64,000 bases of DNA from assembly GCA_963717145.1 (NCBI GenBank), contig OY970325.1:4704001-4768000 (forward strand), written 5' to 3'. Below, piece after piece: positions 27,636-38,287 of the stretch. A model generated the notes under the pieces. That model ran no database searches and was not told the origin of the DNA. It was given only the letters and a program-made list of their open reading frames with translations. The DNA is from an uncultured Armatimonadetes bacterium (lineage in GTDB: Bacteria; Armatimonadota; UBA5829; DTJY01). Position 1 is the stretch's first letter; every line of letters starts with the position of its first letter. The translations under genes and the position numbers were made by a program.

Positions 27636-29813
27636 ATGCGTATTCCGTCGCTCTTTATCCTGGCGATCCTCACGGCGTCCATCGCATCGAGCGCGGTGGC
27701 GGCCGAACGCGCCATCACGCTGACCGCCGATGTCACGCGCTGGGGGGAGGACAAGGTGACCGCCAGCGGAAACGTCGTGGCGGTCTTCGAGGACTACAAG
27801 GTCACCTCTGATTCCGCCAACGCCGACCTTAGGACGAACATCGCAGTGTTCGAGGGAAACGTCAACTTCACCACGAACAACCGAAGCGTCCAGGGCGATC
27901 GGATCACCATCAACCTCAAGACCAAGGACTGGTCATTCGAGAGTGCGGTCACGCATCTCGGCGCCGAGACATTCGGCGACAACCCGAACGCCCGCGCGGT
28001 CATTCGTACCAGGGAATTGACCGGCAACGAGACGGAGATATCCGTCCATTCGGGGAGCTTCACGACCTGCCTTCTCGATCACCCGCACTGGAGCATCAAT
28101 GCCAGGCAGATCGACATCTACCCCGAAAGCCGCATAGTCGCCCACGGTGTCTCATTTGTCGCGCTCGACAAGCGGCTCTTCAGTGTGGATTCGCTCGTCA
28201 TCCCGATGCGTGGACTGGCCAGGAATATCCTGCCGCAGGTCGGATCGAGCGCCGAAGAGGGCATGTTCCTCAAGACTACCTATGCCTACATGGCGACCCA
28301 GCGCGCGCAGGGCTTCCTCAAGCTCGATCTCATGACCAGACGAGGAGTCGGCGTCGGCGCGGAACAGTCCTACGGATGGGGAAGCGCATCCGGCTTGCTG
28401 AACCTCTACTTCCTGCACGACCGGGAACTCGGGACGAACAACGTCACGGGCAGTCTCCAACATCAGCAGCAGTTCGGTGATATCAATCTGAACCTTCGGG
28501 GCGACTATCGGACGAACAACTACCTGTTTTTCTCGTCCAGCCGGTACTCGGACTACCAGGTCGGACTCTCGAGAGCGGTCGGCCCGTCGACAAGCGCACT
28601 GACATTCCACAACAGCCGCGTTGACAGCGTCGGGAATAGCAGCACCAGTCAGGCATCGTTGAGGCATACCCAGCAGTTCTCGCCGAAGTTCACCGGCCGG
28701 ATCTCGATGGATATGAAGACCAACAGCTCGTCGTTCTTCCCGGGCGTCGACAAGGAGTTGGAATCGGAGCTGCAGTTCAGCAACCAGGCTGATCGGTTCG
28801 ACAGCTTGCTCGTGTTCAGCAATCGCAATGACCTGGACGGCAACTCCTTCACGGGCGATCAGTTCTACAGCAGCATCGACCGCATGCCGGAACTCATCCT
28901 GGAGACGGACTCGTATCGTCTGACCGACAAGCCTCTGCTCGATCTCCCCGTAAGGCTGAAGCTCGGGGTGGGGCGCTACCACGAGATGCCGTCCGACGCC
29001 ACCCACGAGCGTCTGCTCTTCCAGGCCGACCTGCTGAACAAAGTCTTCCCGATCCGCGACAATACTGACCTCAGCCTTTCGACCGGGTTCAGGCAGACGA
29101 TCTACGCGGCGGACATGGCCCAGCAGGTACTTCGGGCCAATGCCCTGCTGACAACGCGGTACAACGACTACCTGACAACGAGAGTCACCTATGCCTTCCA
29201 GCAGCCCGACGGGTTCACGCCATTCCGCTTCGACTACGCGGGGAGATACAACTACACTCGGGCGATCATGGACTACCAGGATGAGCAGCGGCTGAGATGG
29301 ACGCTGTCGACGGGTTACGATCTCAACAGGAAGAGGAACCCCTGGCAGGACATGAGCCTCAGGCTCTCCGCCAACCCGAGCAAGTATTTCGCCGGCTCGT
29401 TCTCCACCGGGTTCGACTTGAACCGAGGGGAGTGGAGGTCGCTCAACAGCCGGATCAGGTATGCCGCGCCGGATTGGCTCTCCCTCGATCTGGGGTCGAG
29501 GTACAACATAAAGAGCGGCAACATGGACGCGCTGAGGAGCAGATTGGCGCTGAAGATCGGCAAGAAGTGGAGCGCCGATGCGCTTGTGGGCTGGAACGGA
29601 TCGACTAACAGCTTCGATTACCGCGCGCTCAGGATCACGCGAGACTTGCACTGCTGGGAGGCATCGCTTGTCTTCACGGATGAGGTTGGCTTCCGGAAGG
29701 ACAAGGCGATCATGCTCGATCTGCGGCTGAAGGCATTCCCCGGGGAGGATCGCTTCGGGATTGGTCAGTTCGGCCAGGCATTCGACACGAGCATGGGAGA
29801 GTATTTCTACTAA
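27636..29813 (+). CDS. LptD-like LPS assembly outer-membrane protein
   Basis: Signal peptide, OstA-like N-terminus, FTTC...PHW motif, beta-barrel pattern, RDLHCWE near the C-terminus; directly after lptF/G. Confidence 0.8.
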   Translation: MRIPSLFILAILTASIASSAVAAERAITLTADVTRWGEDKVTASGNVVAVFEDYKVTSDSANADLRTNIAVFEGNVNFTTNNRSVQGDRITINLKTKDWSFESAVTHLGAETFGDNPNARAVIRTRELTGNETEISVHSGSFTTCLLDHPHWSINARQIDIYPESRIVAHGVSFVALDKRLFSVDSLVIPMRGLARNILPQVGSSAEEGMFLKTTYAYMATQRAQGFLKLDLMTRRGVGVGAEQSYGWGSASGLLNLYFLHDRELGTNNVTGSLQHQQQFGDINLNLRGDYRTNNYLFFSSSRYSDYQVGLSRAVGPSTSALTFHNSRVDSVGNSSTSQASLRHTQQFSPKFTGRISMDMKTNSSSFFPGVDKELESELQFSNQADRFDSLLVFSNRNDLDGNSFTGDQFYSSIDRMPELILETDSYRLTDKPLLDLPVRLKLGVGRYHEMPSDATHERLLFQADLLNKVFPIRDNTDLSLSTGFRQTIYAADMAQQVLRANALLTTRYNDYLTTRVTYAFQQPDGFTPFRFDYAGRYNYTRAIMDYQDEQRLRWTLSTGYDLNRKRNPWQDMSLRLSANPSKYFAGSFSTGFDLNRGEWRSLNSRIRYAAPDWLSLDLGSRYNIKSGNMDALRSRLALKIGKKWSADALVGWNGSTNSFDYRALRITRDLHCWEASLVFTDEVGFRKDKAIMLDLRLKAFPGEDRFGIGQFGQAFDTSMGEYFY

Positions 29814-29820
29814 CCAGAAC

Positions 29821-29915
29821 AGTGGCTGTAGGGGCGTGCCTTGTGCCGCCCGCGGCTACCTGTTAGGCTCGGTGGCCATATGTTGGGCGGCACAAGGCAC
29901 GCCCCTACAGCCACT
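29821..29915. repeat. GTAG-type REP doublet between convergent genes
   Basis: 31-bp perfect inverted arms agtggctgtaggggcgtgccttgtgccgccc. Confidence 0.9.
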
Positions 29916-29922
29916 CGGGAAC

Positions 29923-30597
29923 TCAGATGTCGATGTCGATTCTCCAGCCCGGGATCATGTCGAGGGAACGCGTGGTGTCCGTCGTCAGAACGCCTGTGCC
30001 GTTCTCGTTCAGCAGGTCGTTCGGTTGCTCAGCGTCCCCGAGCCGCGCATTGTTGAACGTGTCATCCCTGGTGATGTCCACGGGGAACACCGATGCTGAG
30101 CCCACAAGGAGCGCGTCGATAGTCCGATGCTGGCCGAGCGGGTCGTCAACGGTTATGAAGTTCACGTTGATCAACTGGCCGGTTGCCGCGATGTCGTTGA
30201 GGTCGATGGTGAAGCTCAGGGTGTTACCTTGAGCGCTCGAACGGATCGGCGCCCCGATTCGCACGGCATTCTGAAACTGCCCCTTGGGGAGGAACTCATA
30301 GAGTGTGAACTGCCCGCCGGTGTACTCGACGTAATGCGTCGCCGCACCGGTCACCCATCCCTGCCCGGGGATGATGCCCGGGAACACGGGGACTGGCCCT
30401 GTGATGCCGCCGTCAACATCGATGGCGGTGTAGTAGTGCACGGCGTTATTGATCGGTCCGGCGAGCGTCAGTTCGACCGTGAATGCTCTCACTGCAACGA
30501 TCGGGCCACCCTTGGGCGCCCGCGCGCATCCTGAGAGCATGACGAGCGTCAGGACCACTATCAGCAGCGCCGTAAGTCTGACAGGCTTGAGCTTCAT
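29923..30597 (-). CDS. Hypothetical lipoprotein
   Basis: MKLKPVR, a hydrophobic stretch and an LSGC lipobox; promoter-like TTGAAC-17-TAGAAT at 30605-30633. Confidence 0.7.
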   Translation of the reverse strand: MKLKPVRLTALLIVVLTLVMLSGCARAPKGGPIVAVRAFTVELTLAGPINNAVHYYTAIDVDGGITGPVPVFPGIIPGQGWVTGAATHYVEYTGGQFTLYEFLPKGQFQNAVRIGAPIRSSAQGNTLSFTIDLNDIAATGQLINVNFITVDDPLGQHRTIDALLVGSASVFPVDITRDDTFNNARLGDAEQPNDLLNENGTGVLTTDTTRSLDMIPGWRIDIDI

Positions 30598-30717
30598 ATG
30601 ACTCATTCTATCAGGACTTGCCGTTCGGTTCAAGCGATCCCCGTCGGATTTGCGGATCGGAGCGCTGCTCGGCTATAATGCAGTCCCGGTCCGTGGTCGC
30701 CCGCGTGGATTGACAAC

Positions 30718-32207
30718 ATGATTCTATCACTGCTCATATCTCTCATATCGGGCCTGGTTCTGACCCTGGCGTTTCCCAGGACGGACATATACCTGGTCGC
30801 CTGGATCGCACTCGCGCCGCTCTTCTACCTCACGGTCCGCAGGGGATGGCTGATGGCGACGCTCTGCGGTTTCGTCTTCGGGCTCGGGTTTTTCGGAAGC
30901 CTGCTCTGGTGGATCGGGATATTCGGCACACTGCCCTGGGTGCTGCTGACGATCATCCAATCGCTCTACACCGCCGTGTTCGGCCTGAGCGCGAACCTGA
31001 TCGCCGGACGCCTCAATGCGTGGGGCAGGCTGATCATTATGCCCGCGCTCTGGGTCGCATTCGAGTGGATCCGCTCCCAGGGACTGCTCGGGTTCACGTG
31101 GGGCGATGTCGGCTACTCCCAGGCCTATGCGCTGCCGGTCATCCAGATTGCATCGATCACGGGCGTGTGGGGAGTCTCGTTTCTCGCGGCGATCGTCAAT
31201 TCCATGCTGGCGAATATCGGCGGGTACTGGGCGAATAATCGCAGCATCCGGGGATCATACGCCCAGCTCTTGGTGACCGCCGCAGTCCTGGCAGTCACGA
31301 TCGGGTATGGCCTGGTCGCCATGGATGCGCCGGTACACGGCAAGTCATTCCGCGCGGCCGTGATCCAGGGGAACATCAATCAAGATGCCGAGGAGGACCT
31401 CGACTACTACGACCGAACCATGCAGACCTACCGCCGGATGACGCTCGACGCCGCTTCGAAGGGCACCGGGCTCATCATCTGGCCCGAAACCTCGATGCCC
31501 GGCTCGCCGGGTTACGAGCCGTATCTGCAGGGCTGGCTGTCGGCTCTCTCCCAGCAGGCGAAGGCCCCCTGATCGTCGGTGGTCGGGATGAGGATCTGCG
31601 TGGTCACGTATTCAACTCCGCGTTTCTCGTCGGTCCTGGGAAGGGGATACTCACTCGGTATGCGAAGGTCAGACTCGTGCCGTTCGGGGAGTTCGTTCCC
31701 GCGCGCAAGTACCTCCCGCTGCTTGCCAACTACCGGGTGACACCGATGGACGTGACCCCCGGTCGCGGCTTCAACCTGCTCGACGGCGGGCCTTGCAGGA
31801 TCGGCGTGGCGATATGCTTCGAGTCGACCTTCCCGTACATATCCCGAACGCTGACCGCTTCCGGGGCGCAACTGCTCTGCGTCATCACGAACGACGTCTG
31901 GTTCGGCCGTTCCGCCGCCGCCGAACAGCATGCCGAGATGTCGGTGCTCCGGGCGGTCGAGAACCGGCGGTACCTGTTGAGAGGCGCGGCAACCGGGGTG
32001 TCCTGCATAATCGATCCCAGGGGCAGAGTGCTCGAGGGCCTTCCGATATTCGAGCAGGGCTCCATCTCGGCGACAGTGGAGTGCCTCGGTGGGAAGACGT
32101 TCTACACGCGGCACGGAGACTGGTTCGCTTACGCGATGCTGTTGCTCGTGGGACTGGCCTGCGCCGTCGCCATCGGAAAGGGCAGATGCCGGGAGGTGAA
32201 GCCGTGA
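30718..32207 (+). CDS. lnt: Apolipoprotein N-acyltransferase, split by a missing C at about 31565-31569
   Basis: QGNI and WPET in the first ORF; YAK..LVPFGE, ICFES, TNDVWF and RAVENRR in the second frame. Adding one C to the C5 run restores about 496 aa. Confidence 0.9.
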
Positions 32208-32845
32208 GAATCTACGATGTTTCCGTGATCATTTCGGACGAGATGCCGATCTACGGCGACGATCCGGCGGTCGAGATCGAGCTGATCAGCGCCATAGCCA
32301 GGGGAGACGGGGCGAATGTCTCCCTGTTGAAGCTCGGATCGCACACCGGCACGCACGTCGATGCGCCATTCCACTTCGTCGAAGGCGGCATGACGATCGA
32401 CCGCGTGCCGCTCGATGTGCTCGTGGGAGAGTGCTACGTCTGTGAGATTCCGCCAACATCATCGGGTGGGGGCGCCATCACCGTGTCCGACCTCGAATCG
32501 TGCGGCTTGCCTCAGGGATGCCGCAGGATCCTCTTCAAGACCTCCAACTCCCGTCTGTGGGAGGACAACCAGTTCCACACGGATTTCGTGTACCTCGATC
32601 CGGACGCCGCGACGTGGCTCGTCGATCGGGGCATTCAACTCGTCGGCGTCGATTATCTCTCGGTGGACCGCTTCAAGTCCGGCACGCACCCCACTCATAT
32701 GCGACTTCTTGGATCGGGGGCGGTGGCCATCGAAGGTTTGGATTTGAGGGAGGTGACTCGGGGTACATACTTCCTGGTGTGCCTCCCGCTCAAGATCCGG
32801 GAGGGGGACGCCGCTCCGGCCCGCGTGATTCTCATCGAGATGTAG
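32204..32845 (+). CDS. Cyclase family metal-dependent hydrolase (kynurenine formamidase-like)
   Basis: HTGTHVDAPFH, GVDYLSVD and PLKI...APAR motifs; GTGA overlap with lnt. Confidence 0.88.
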   Translation: MRIYDVSVIISDEMPIYGDDPAVEIELISAIARGDGANVSLLKLGSHTGTHVDAPFHFVEGGMTIDRVPLDVLVGECYVCEIPPTSSGGGAITVSDLESCGLPQGCRRILFKTSNSRLWEDNQFHTDFVYLDPDAATWLVDRGIQLVGVDYLSVDRFKSGTHPTHMRLLGSGAVAIEGLDLREVTRGTYFLVCLPLKIREGDAAPARVILIEM

Positions 32846-32942
32846 TGGCCGTGCCTCCGTGCCGGCCTTCGGGTATCATTGCCGTGCCTCCGTGCCGGCT
32901 TCGCTGTCTTGGATGGCCGGCACAGAGGCACGGCCACTACAT
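32840..32942. repeat. GTAG-type REP element, family C
   Basis: tgtagtggccgtgcctccgtgccggcc ... ggccggcacagaggcacggccactaca; it supplies the cyclase TAG stop codon. Confidence 0.88.
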
Positions 32943-32964
32943 GGTTGGTTATCAGAGGTAGACA

Positions 32965-33519
32965 ATGGCAGAGAAGATATGCCTCCAGCCGCTGGGCCGG
33001 GTAGATGACGATGTGCTCGAGAGCATACGTCAGGCGGTCACTAGCGACCTGGGCCTCCACGCGGAGAGCCTGAGCCCATTCGAAGTCCCAAGCCGCGCAT
33101 TCAGCCCCGAGAGAGCCCAGTACCACTCTACGGCGGTGTTGGCATATCTGATGGGGCAAGTCCCGGACGATGCGTTCCGAGTGCTCGGGGTTACAGATGT
33201 GGACCTGTTCGTGCCGCAGCTCAATTTCGTCTTCGGCGAGGCGACGGTCGAGGGCGCCGTCGGCATCATCTCCCTGCACCGCCTCCGTCCGGAGTTCTAC
33301 GGTGAGATCCCCGACGAGGACCTCTTGGGCGAGCGCGCGGTGAAGGAAGCAGTGCATGAACTGGGGCATACCTTTGGGCTCAGGCACTGCTCGGATTCGG
33401 AGTGCGTGATGTACTTCTCGAACACCATAGCGGATACCGACCGTAAGTCAACCTGCTTCTGCGGTAACCACGCTGATCAACTGGCGGACAGGCTCGGGCC
33501 GCTTCGGGCAGCAGCGTAA
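32965..33519 (+). CDS. Archaemetzincin (peptidase M54) zinc metalloprotease
   Basis: HELGHTFGLRHC....CVM and FC..H motifs; NFVFGEA. Confidence 0.9.
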   Translation: MAEKICLQPLGRVDDDVLESIRQAVTSDLGLHAESLSPFEVPSRAFSPERAQYHSTAVLAYLMGQVPDDAFRVLGVTDVDLFVPQLNFVFGEATVEGAVGIISLHRLRPEFYGEIPDEDLLGERAVKEAVHELGHTFGLRHCSDSECVMYFSNTIADTDRKSTCFCGNHADQLADRLGPLRAAA

Positions 33520-33661
33520 GACACGGACTCCCCTCCTTGATAAGGAGACGTCGGCTTGGCGTCTTTGGCGGTTCCATCTCCGGGTGACACCGCCGTGCAA
33601 ACCCCCTCGGCCGAGAGGCCGGTCCCCCTTCGTAAGGGGGACATGTCTCGCCGCAGTCTGA

Positions 33662-35317
33662 CTAAGCGGCCATCGGAAGCTCGTCGTCGGTCGAAGTGTA
33701 GAACCGATCGAGTACCCCCGACGACAGAAGACCTTTCAGCACCTCGACGACCACCGGGTCGAACTCCGACCCCGCTCCTCTGTTCAACTGCTCGACTCTC
33801 TGCGCGGCTGACAGCGCCTTGCGGTACGGCCTGTCGGAACTCATCGCATCGAGAGAGTCCACGGCGCAGATAATCCTCAGCGGCAGAGGCTGCTGGTCGG
33901 ACGGAAGCTGGTCCGGGTAGCCGGTCCCGTTCAGGCGCTCCTGATGGTGTCGGATCAGGAAGAGCGCCTCCTGGCCGAGATCGAGCGGCCGGCAGATGTT
34001 CTCGCCCATGGTCGGATGCGTATGGATGATGATACGCTCCTCGGGGGTGAGCTTGCTCGGCTTCTGAAGCACGGAGTCCGGCACCCCGATCTTCCCGATG
34101 TCGTGAAGAAGCGCCGCGTTCTTGATGATCTCGATCACATGGTCCGGGAGGCCGAGTTCGGTCGCCACGATGCTCGATATCTCGGAGACGCGGTAGGAAT
34201 GGCCCTGCGTGTACGGGTCTCGCGCCTCGAGACTCCTCGCCAATGATTGCAGGACCTTCAGGAAGGTCGATCGCAGTTCGCGGTAGAGATTCGAGTTCAC
34301 TATGCCCATCGATGCATGGATCGCCAGTGTCCGGAGCAGATCGAGGTCCTCCTGTCCGAATACGGCGCCCGCGACGTCGGAATAGACGCTCAGCGTGCCT
34401 ACGATCTTGACGTCGCCGACCCTGCGAGAGCCCACGGCCTGACTCGTTCGCTCGACCAACGGTACGCACATCATCGGCCTTTCGCGAGCGCCCGGCACTC
34501 CGGCCGCCTCCTCCGCCGTCCCGGTCTGCAGCATCACGGCCTGACCCGTTGCGACCACTGAGCGCTCCACCACGAAGTCGTCAGCCTCAGTACCCTCCGG
34601 CACATCGCCGGCCGCGTGTCTTGACACGGACTGGCGAAGCTCTCCCGAGACTGGATCCACCAGGACTATTCCACCGCCGGACGATCCGGTCTCGCATACC
34701 GCGGTATCGAGCACGTGGTTGAGCAACTGATCGAGATCACCCGCTGTGGTGAACTTTGTGCCGCATTCGAACAGGGCCGAGAGCTTTTTCTCCTTCATGC
34801 GCATGTTCTCGTCCTGCCTGCGAAGAGCGATGATGTAGGTTGCCACGAGCGTCGACGCCAGCAGGGCCACCACATCCTGGGTCATCTCGCTGACGAAGTT
34901 GCCCATCATGTGACCGGCGGACAGAGTGTAGAAGACGCAGCCGATGTCAAGCACGAGCGTCCCGACGAGAGCGACCAGAGTTGCCATGAAGCGGTTGTAC
35001 GAGTAGGCGGTCGCGACAATTACGAATGCATACAGCAGGCAGAGGTCCGCGCCGGCGGAGCCGTGCGCGCAGGAGGCCAACGTGATGACGCCCGCATCCA
35101 GCACCCGGGTCACGGGTATCATGGTCCGGCCGTAGCGGATGTAGGCCTCTTTGTCCGAGGCTATCTGCGAGGCGATCGCGTTGTAGACGAACACGCCTCC
35201 CATCACCACGAGGGATGCGAGCTTGAGCGCATGATCATCCACCATGAGCGCGCCGGCGATGAGGACCGCCCATCGCAACCTGACAACGAGAAGCTCTGCT
35301 CTGCGTCTTTCTTCCAT
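33662..35317 (-). CDS. Membrane GAF + HD-GYP cyclic-dinucleotide phosphodiesterase
   Basis: TM N-terminus; RDPYTQGHS, LHDIGK and HHQERLNGTGYP motifs. Confidence 0.9.
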   Translation of the reverse strand: MEERRRAELLVVRLRWAVLIAGALMVDDHALKLASLVVMGGVFVYNAIASQIASDKEAYIRYGRTMIPVTRVLDAGVITLASCAHGSAGADLCLLYAFVIVATAYSYNRFMATLVALVGTLVLDIGCVFYTLSAGHMMGNFVSEMTQDVVALLASTLVATYIIALRRQDENMRMKEKKLSALFECGTKFTTAGDLDQLLNHVLDTAVCETGSSGGGIVLVDPVSGELRQSVSRHAAGDVPEGTEADDFVVERSVVATGQAVMLQTGTAEEAAGVPGARERPMMCVPLVERTSQAVGSRRVGDVKIVGTLSVYSDVAGAVFGQEDLDLLRTLAIHASMGIVNSNLYRELRSTFLKVLQSLARSLEARDPYTQGHSYRVSEISSIVATELGLPDHVIEIIKNAALLHDIGKIGVPDSVLQKPSKLTPEERIIIHTHPTMGENICRPLDLGQEALFLIRHHQERLNGTGYPDQLPSDQQPLPLRIICAVDSLDAMSSDRPYRKALSAAQRVEQLNRGAGSEFDPVVVEVLKGLLSSGVLDRFYTSTDDELPMAA

Positions 35318-35351
35318 ACTATCAGTACTTCCTTTCAGCGGGATCCGCCGG

Positions 35352-36464
35352 CTAATCGGTCACAACGACCTGGTTGCCGGCATCCGATGTGTCGGCCGTC
35401 TCATAGCCGGGCAGGTGCATTCGGTACCCGAGGTCCGACGTCTTGTAGTCCGGATCAGCGGTGAACCTCAGCCTTCTCACGCTGCTGAACGAGTCCGCGG
35501 CGAGGCCGCCCTTCCTGAAAGTCATGTCCCAGTCCGCCTTGAACCAGGCCGTTCCCGCGTTGTTGTGAACGAAATAGAACCCATCAACCATATTATTGGC
35601 AATCCTGGTCCAGAGACCACCCGTTATCACCATTGCTAGCTTGTCCGTGGACGAGTTGGCGTAGAGAAGCTCGTCCGTAACTTCGACATTGCCGTTCACG
35701 ACGATCAAGCCTTTGCCCGATATGGCGCCCTTAATAGTCAGTCTGCCGTTGATATAGACGACCTCGTATGGAACGTTGAACGTCAGGCCGCTGTTGAATG
35801 TCTGGTCGCCGTTGAATGTGCGGTTTGCCCGCGAGGCGTAGTACGACAAGTCGACTGATGGAAGCTGGTAGTACCCGCTTACGGTGAGTTGGGATGCGGA
35901 TGCAGAGAGCAGGTAGCTGCTGTAGAGGTAACCTGCTATGCACACTCTTCCGTTCACCGCCATTCCGGCGTTAAGGTCCAGTGAGCCGTTGATGTACACG
36001 TCGCCGTTCTGCCCTCCACTGCCGGTATCGATGGACCACCAACTCGTGTACCCGGAGTCGAGCATCAGCGCCCATTCGGATGGTCGTATGCGACTCCGCA
36101 CGATCCGCTGTCTGCGCTGAGAGAGATTGTCCGACTGGCCGGTGCAGGCGATCTGGACCGTGTCCCGCAGGCCGGCATTGTCGGATATCGTGACGGTGAA
36201 CGAGCCCTTCCCGAGCTGCCTTGTCTCTGTGTAAGGCAGTGTGACGCCGCAGTATCGGTACTTCCAGTATCCATAGTTGATGCCGGCATCTGCCAGGTAG
36301 ATGGCGCGATCTGCATCGACTCTGTTGCCACCCTGGAGCGTTGCCCCGCCAACCATGCGCAAGAGCGCGATGCCGAGCATGAAGCCAACGATCAGAGTGA
36401 TCATCGCCATCAGATACGCGGCGCCGCTGTTCTTATTCCTAGTTGTGATTGCGCAGATAGACAT
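35352..36464 (-). CDS. PilX-like minor pilin with C-terminal beta-rich domain
   Basis: SG|AAYLMAM prepilin-like start and AIYLADAGI motif. Confidence 0.7.
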   Translation of the reverse strand: MSICAITTRNKNSGAAYLMAMITLIVGFMLGIALLRMVGGATLQGGNRVDADRAIYLADAGINYGYWKYRYCGVTLPYTETRQLGKGSFTVTISDNAGLRDTVQIACTGQSDNLSQRRQRIVRSRIRPSEWALMLDSGYTSWWSIDTGSGGQNGDVYINGSLDLNAGMAVNGRVCIAGYLYSSYLLSASASQLTVSGYYQLPSVDLSYYASRANRTFNGDQTFNSGLTFNVPYEVVYINGRLTIKGAISGKGLIVVNGNVEVTDELLYANSSTDKLAMVITGGLWTRIANNMVDGFYFVHNNAGTAWFKADWDMTFRKGGLAADSFSSVRRLRFTADPDYKTSDLGYRMHLPGYETADTSDAGNQVVVTD

Positions 36465-37047
36465 AACGCTTGAGAGTCAGGCTCTCGGTATCCTTGCCGT
36501 GCTTCTGCTGGGCCGTCATCGTCACCTGTACGAGCTTGCGTGTGCCCGAGGTGTAGATCACCTGAAGTGAAAGAGACTGGACCGGCGATACGCGCCCGAT
36601 CCGCGAATTCGGCAGCAGACTCCAGCCTGCGTCAGGACTGCCATTGACGCGCTTCCAAAGGATGTCACCTTTGGTCGATGGTGAACCGGTGTAGTTCGAC
36701 AGGTAGAAGATCACCTCGTCGCCGGTGTGATATCTAAGCTCAGCGTTGCTCTCCCAGCAGGGTAGATAGTCCCCGCCGCTATCCTTGTCCCTCGGGACCC
36801 AAATCTTGAAGGTGCCGTAAATGTCCGTATCGGCATTTGCAGCCAGATCGATCACCTTGCACATGCGAGTCATCCCGAGCGAGGCTGTCATATACGTGCT
36901 GCTTGCCGCCTGTCCCCGGTCCCATAGCTGCAAAGCATACACGTAGACGCCACAGACAGCCGTCACTATGAGAGCCGTGAGTCCGCAGGCGATCATCAGC
37001 TCGATCAGTGTCATGCCGGAGCGATGGTTGCGGCTAGATATCGCCAT
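36439..37047 (-). CDS. Minor pilin (PilW/GspJ-like)
   Basis: G|MTLIELMIA N-methylation motif. Confidence 0.85.
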   Translation of the reverse strand: MAISSRNHRSGMTLIELMIACGLTALIVTAVCGVYVYALQLWDRGQAASSTYMTASLGMTRMCKVIDLAANADTDIYGTFKIWVPRDKDSGGDYLPCWESNAELRYHTGDEVIFYLSNYTGSPSTKGDILWKRVNGSPDAGWSLLPNSRIGRVSPVQSLSLQVIYTSGTRKLVQVTMTAQQKHGKDTESLTLKRYVYLRNHN

Positions 37048-37498
37048 AGGTCATGCTTCCCTCTTTGAAGGGCCTGGCGATCAAGGTACGGTAGACGACC
37101 CTCCCTGCCAGGTACTTGGCTCTGTCATTCCCGGGCCATGAGATCTGGACGGTCACGAGCTTCAGGTACTTGGAGTCGGTTGTCGGGTAGCATTGTACCT
37201 GCACGGTCTTGGAATTGCCCGCAGGAAGCTCGTCCACGGTGTACGTCGTGCTGCCGACCTGGAGGGTGTCGTAAGTGACGGTCATCGCGCCGTCCAGCGT
37301 ACCCTGGGCATCGAGCGATGCGATTCGCTCGTATGTGGCCTTCTTCTGGTAGTTGATCGCTACGGGAAACAGGCTGGCGAGCACGACCACGGCAATCGAT
37401 AGAATGCTTACGGCTACGAGGATCTCGACCAGGGTCATGCCTCGGTTACCGATTGCCCGCCTGGAGGCCTCTGACTCGGGTCTGCTCAGTGGAAGCAT
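37034..37498 (-). CDS. Minor pilin (PilV/GspI-like)
   Basis: RG|MTLVEILVA motif; start codon uncertain. Confidence 0.85.
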   Translation of the reverse strand: MLPLSRPESEASRRAIGNRGMTLVEILVAVSILSIAVVVLASLFPVAINYQKKATYERIASLDAQGTLDGAMTVTYDTLQVGSTTYTVDELPAGNSKTVQVQCYPTTDSKYLKLVTVQISWPGNDRAKYLAGRVVYRTLIARPFKEGSMTYGDI

Positions 37499-37513
37499 GG
37501 TACCTTCCGTCCA

Positions 37514-37574
37514 CAAAAACAAAGGGGGTCCTGACCGCCGGCACCGACTCGCGGTTCCGGCTGTTCAGGACCCC
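37514..37574 (-). terminator. Intrinsic terminator after the major pilin gene
   Basis: On the minus strand, ggggtcctga...tcaggacccc stem followed by tttgtttttg. Confidence 0.7.
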
Positions 37575-37592
37575 ACGTCTCACGGATTCAGA

Positions 37593-38030
37593 CTACCAGG
37601 TGTTGTAGTCTGTCCCGTCTGCACCTTTTCCTGTCGCACTCGCCGTGACCTTACCGACCGAGCCGTCTGCCGTGCTGTAAGTGAATGCACTGCCGGACAC
37701 CGGATCGTTCGGGATGGTATCCAGATACGGTCCATGCCAGTCGGTGGCCGTGATGGACTTGGCGGTTCCATCGGCGGCAAGTCCCGATGCTGGGGCGCTC
37801 GTGGCACTCAGGGCCGCGAGGGATGCGGGATGTGCACCTGTGTCTGTGTAGAACAGGGTCACCGCGTTTCGGATCAGCTTGAGGTCACTCCTGAGGGCCG
37901 ATTCCTTGCTCCTCGTGCCTGCGCCGACGAACTTCGGCAGGACTATGGCTGCCAGTACCGCCAGGACGACAATGACCACGAGCAGTTCTACCAGCGTGAA
38001 GCCCTTTCTCGATTTGCGTAAGAGATACAT
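37593..38030 (-). CDS. Major (pseudo)pilin, GspG/PilA-like
   Basis: KG|FTLVELLVVIVVLAVLAAIVLP and WHGPYL..IPNDP motifs. Confidence 0.9.
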   Translation of the reverse strand: MYLLRKSRKGFTLVELLVVIVVLAVLAAIVLPKFVGAGTRSKESALRSDLKLIRNAVTLFYTDTGAHPASLAALSATSAPASGLAADGTAKSITATDWHGPYLDTIPNDPVSGSAFTYSTADGSVGKVTASATGKGADGTDYNTW

Positions 38031-38180
38031 ACTAACGTTTCACCTCCCCGTCTGAAACGGATTCGCGCTTTCGCGCGAGAGATAGTTTCTGCTGGACTTC
38101 CGTCGTCCTGCAGTGGTAGCAGACCGAACCCCCGGAATTCTACCAGTCTTTATCATTGTCGGTGTTGAATTTTGGATTCT

Positions 38181-38285
38181 GTAGGGGGCCTTCAACGGCC
38201 TCCCGGTGTTTCCATATCCCGGGAGGCCGTTGAAGGCCTCCCCTACGGGTGCGCCCGCCGGGAGGCCGTTGAAGGCCTCCCCTAC
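38181..38285. repeat. GTAG-type REP cluster, three arms
   Basis: gtagggggccttcaacggcctcccgg plus two inverted copies. Confidence 0.85.
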
Positions 38286-38287
38286 GG

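Noticed and set aside
38040-38160. c-di-GMP-I riboswitch upstream of the pilin
   Set aside because: A GAAA hairpin is present, but I could not find the rest of the two-stem consensus.
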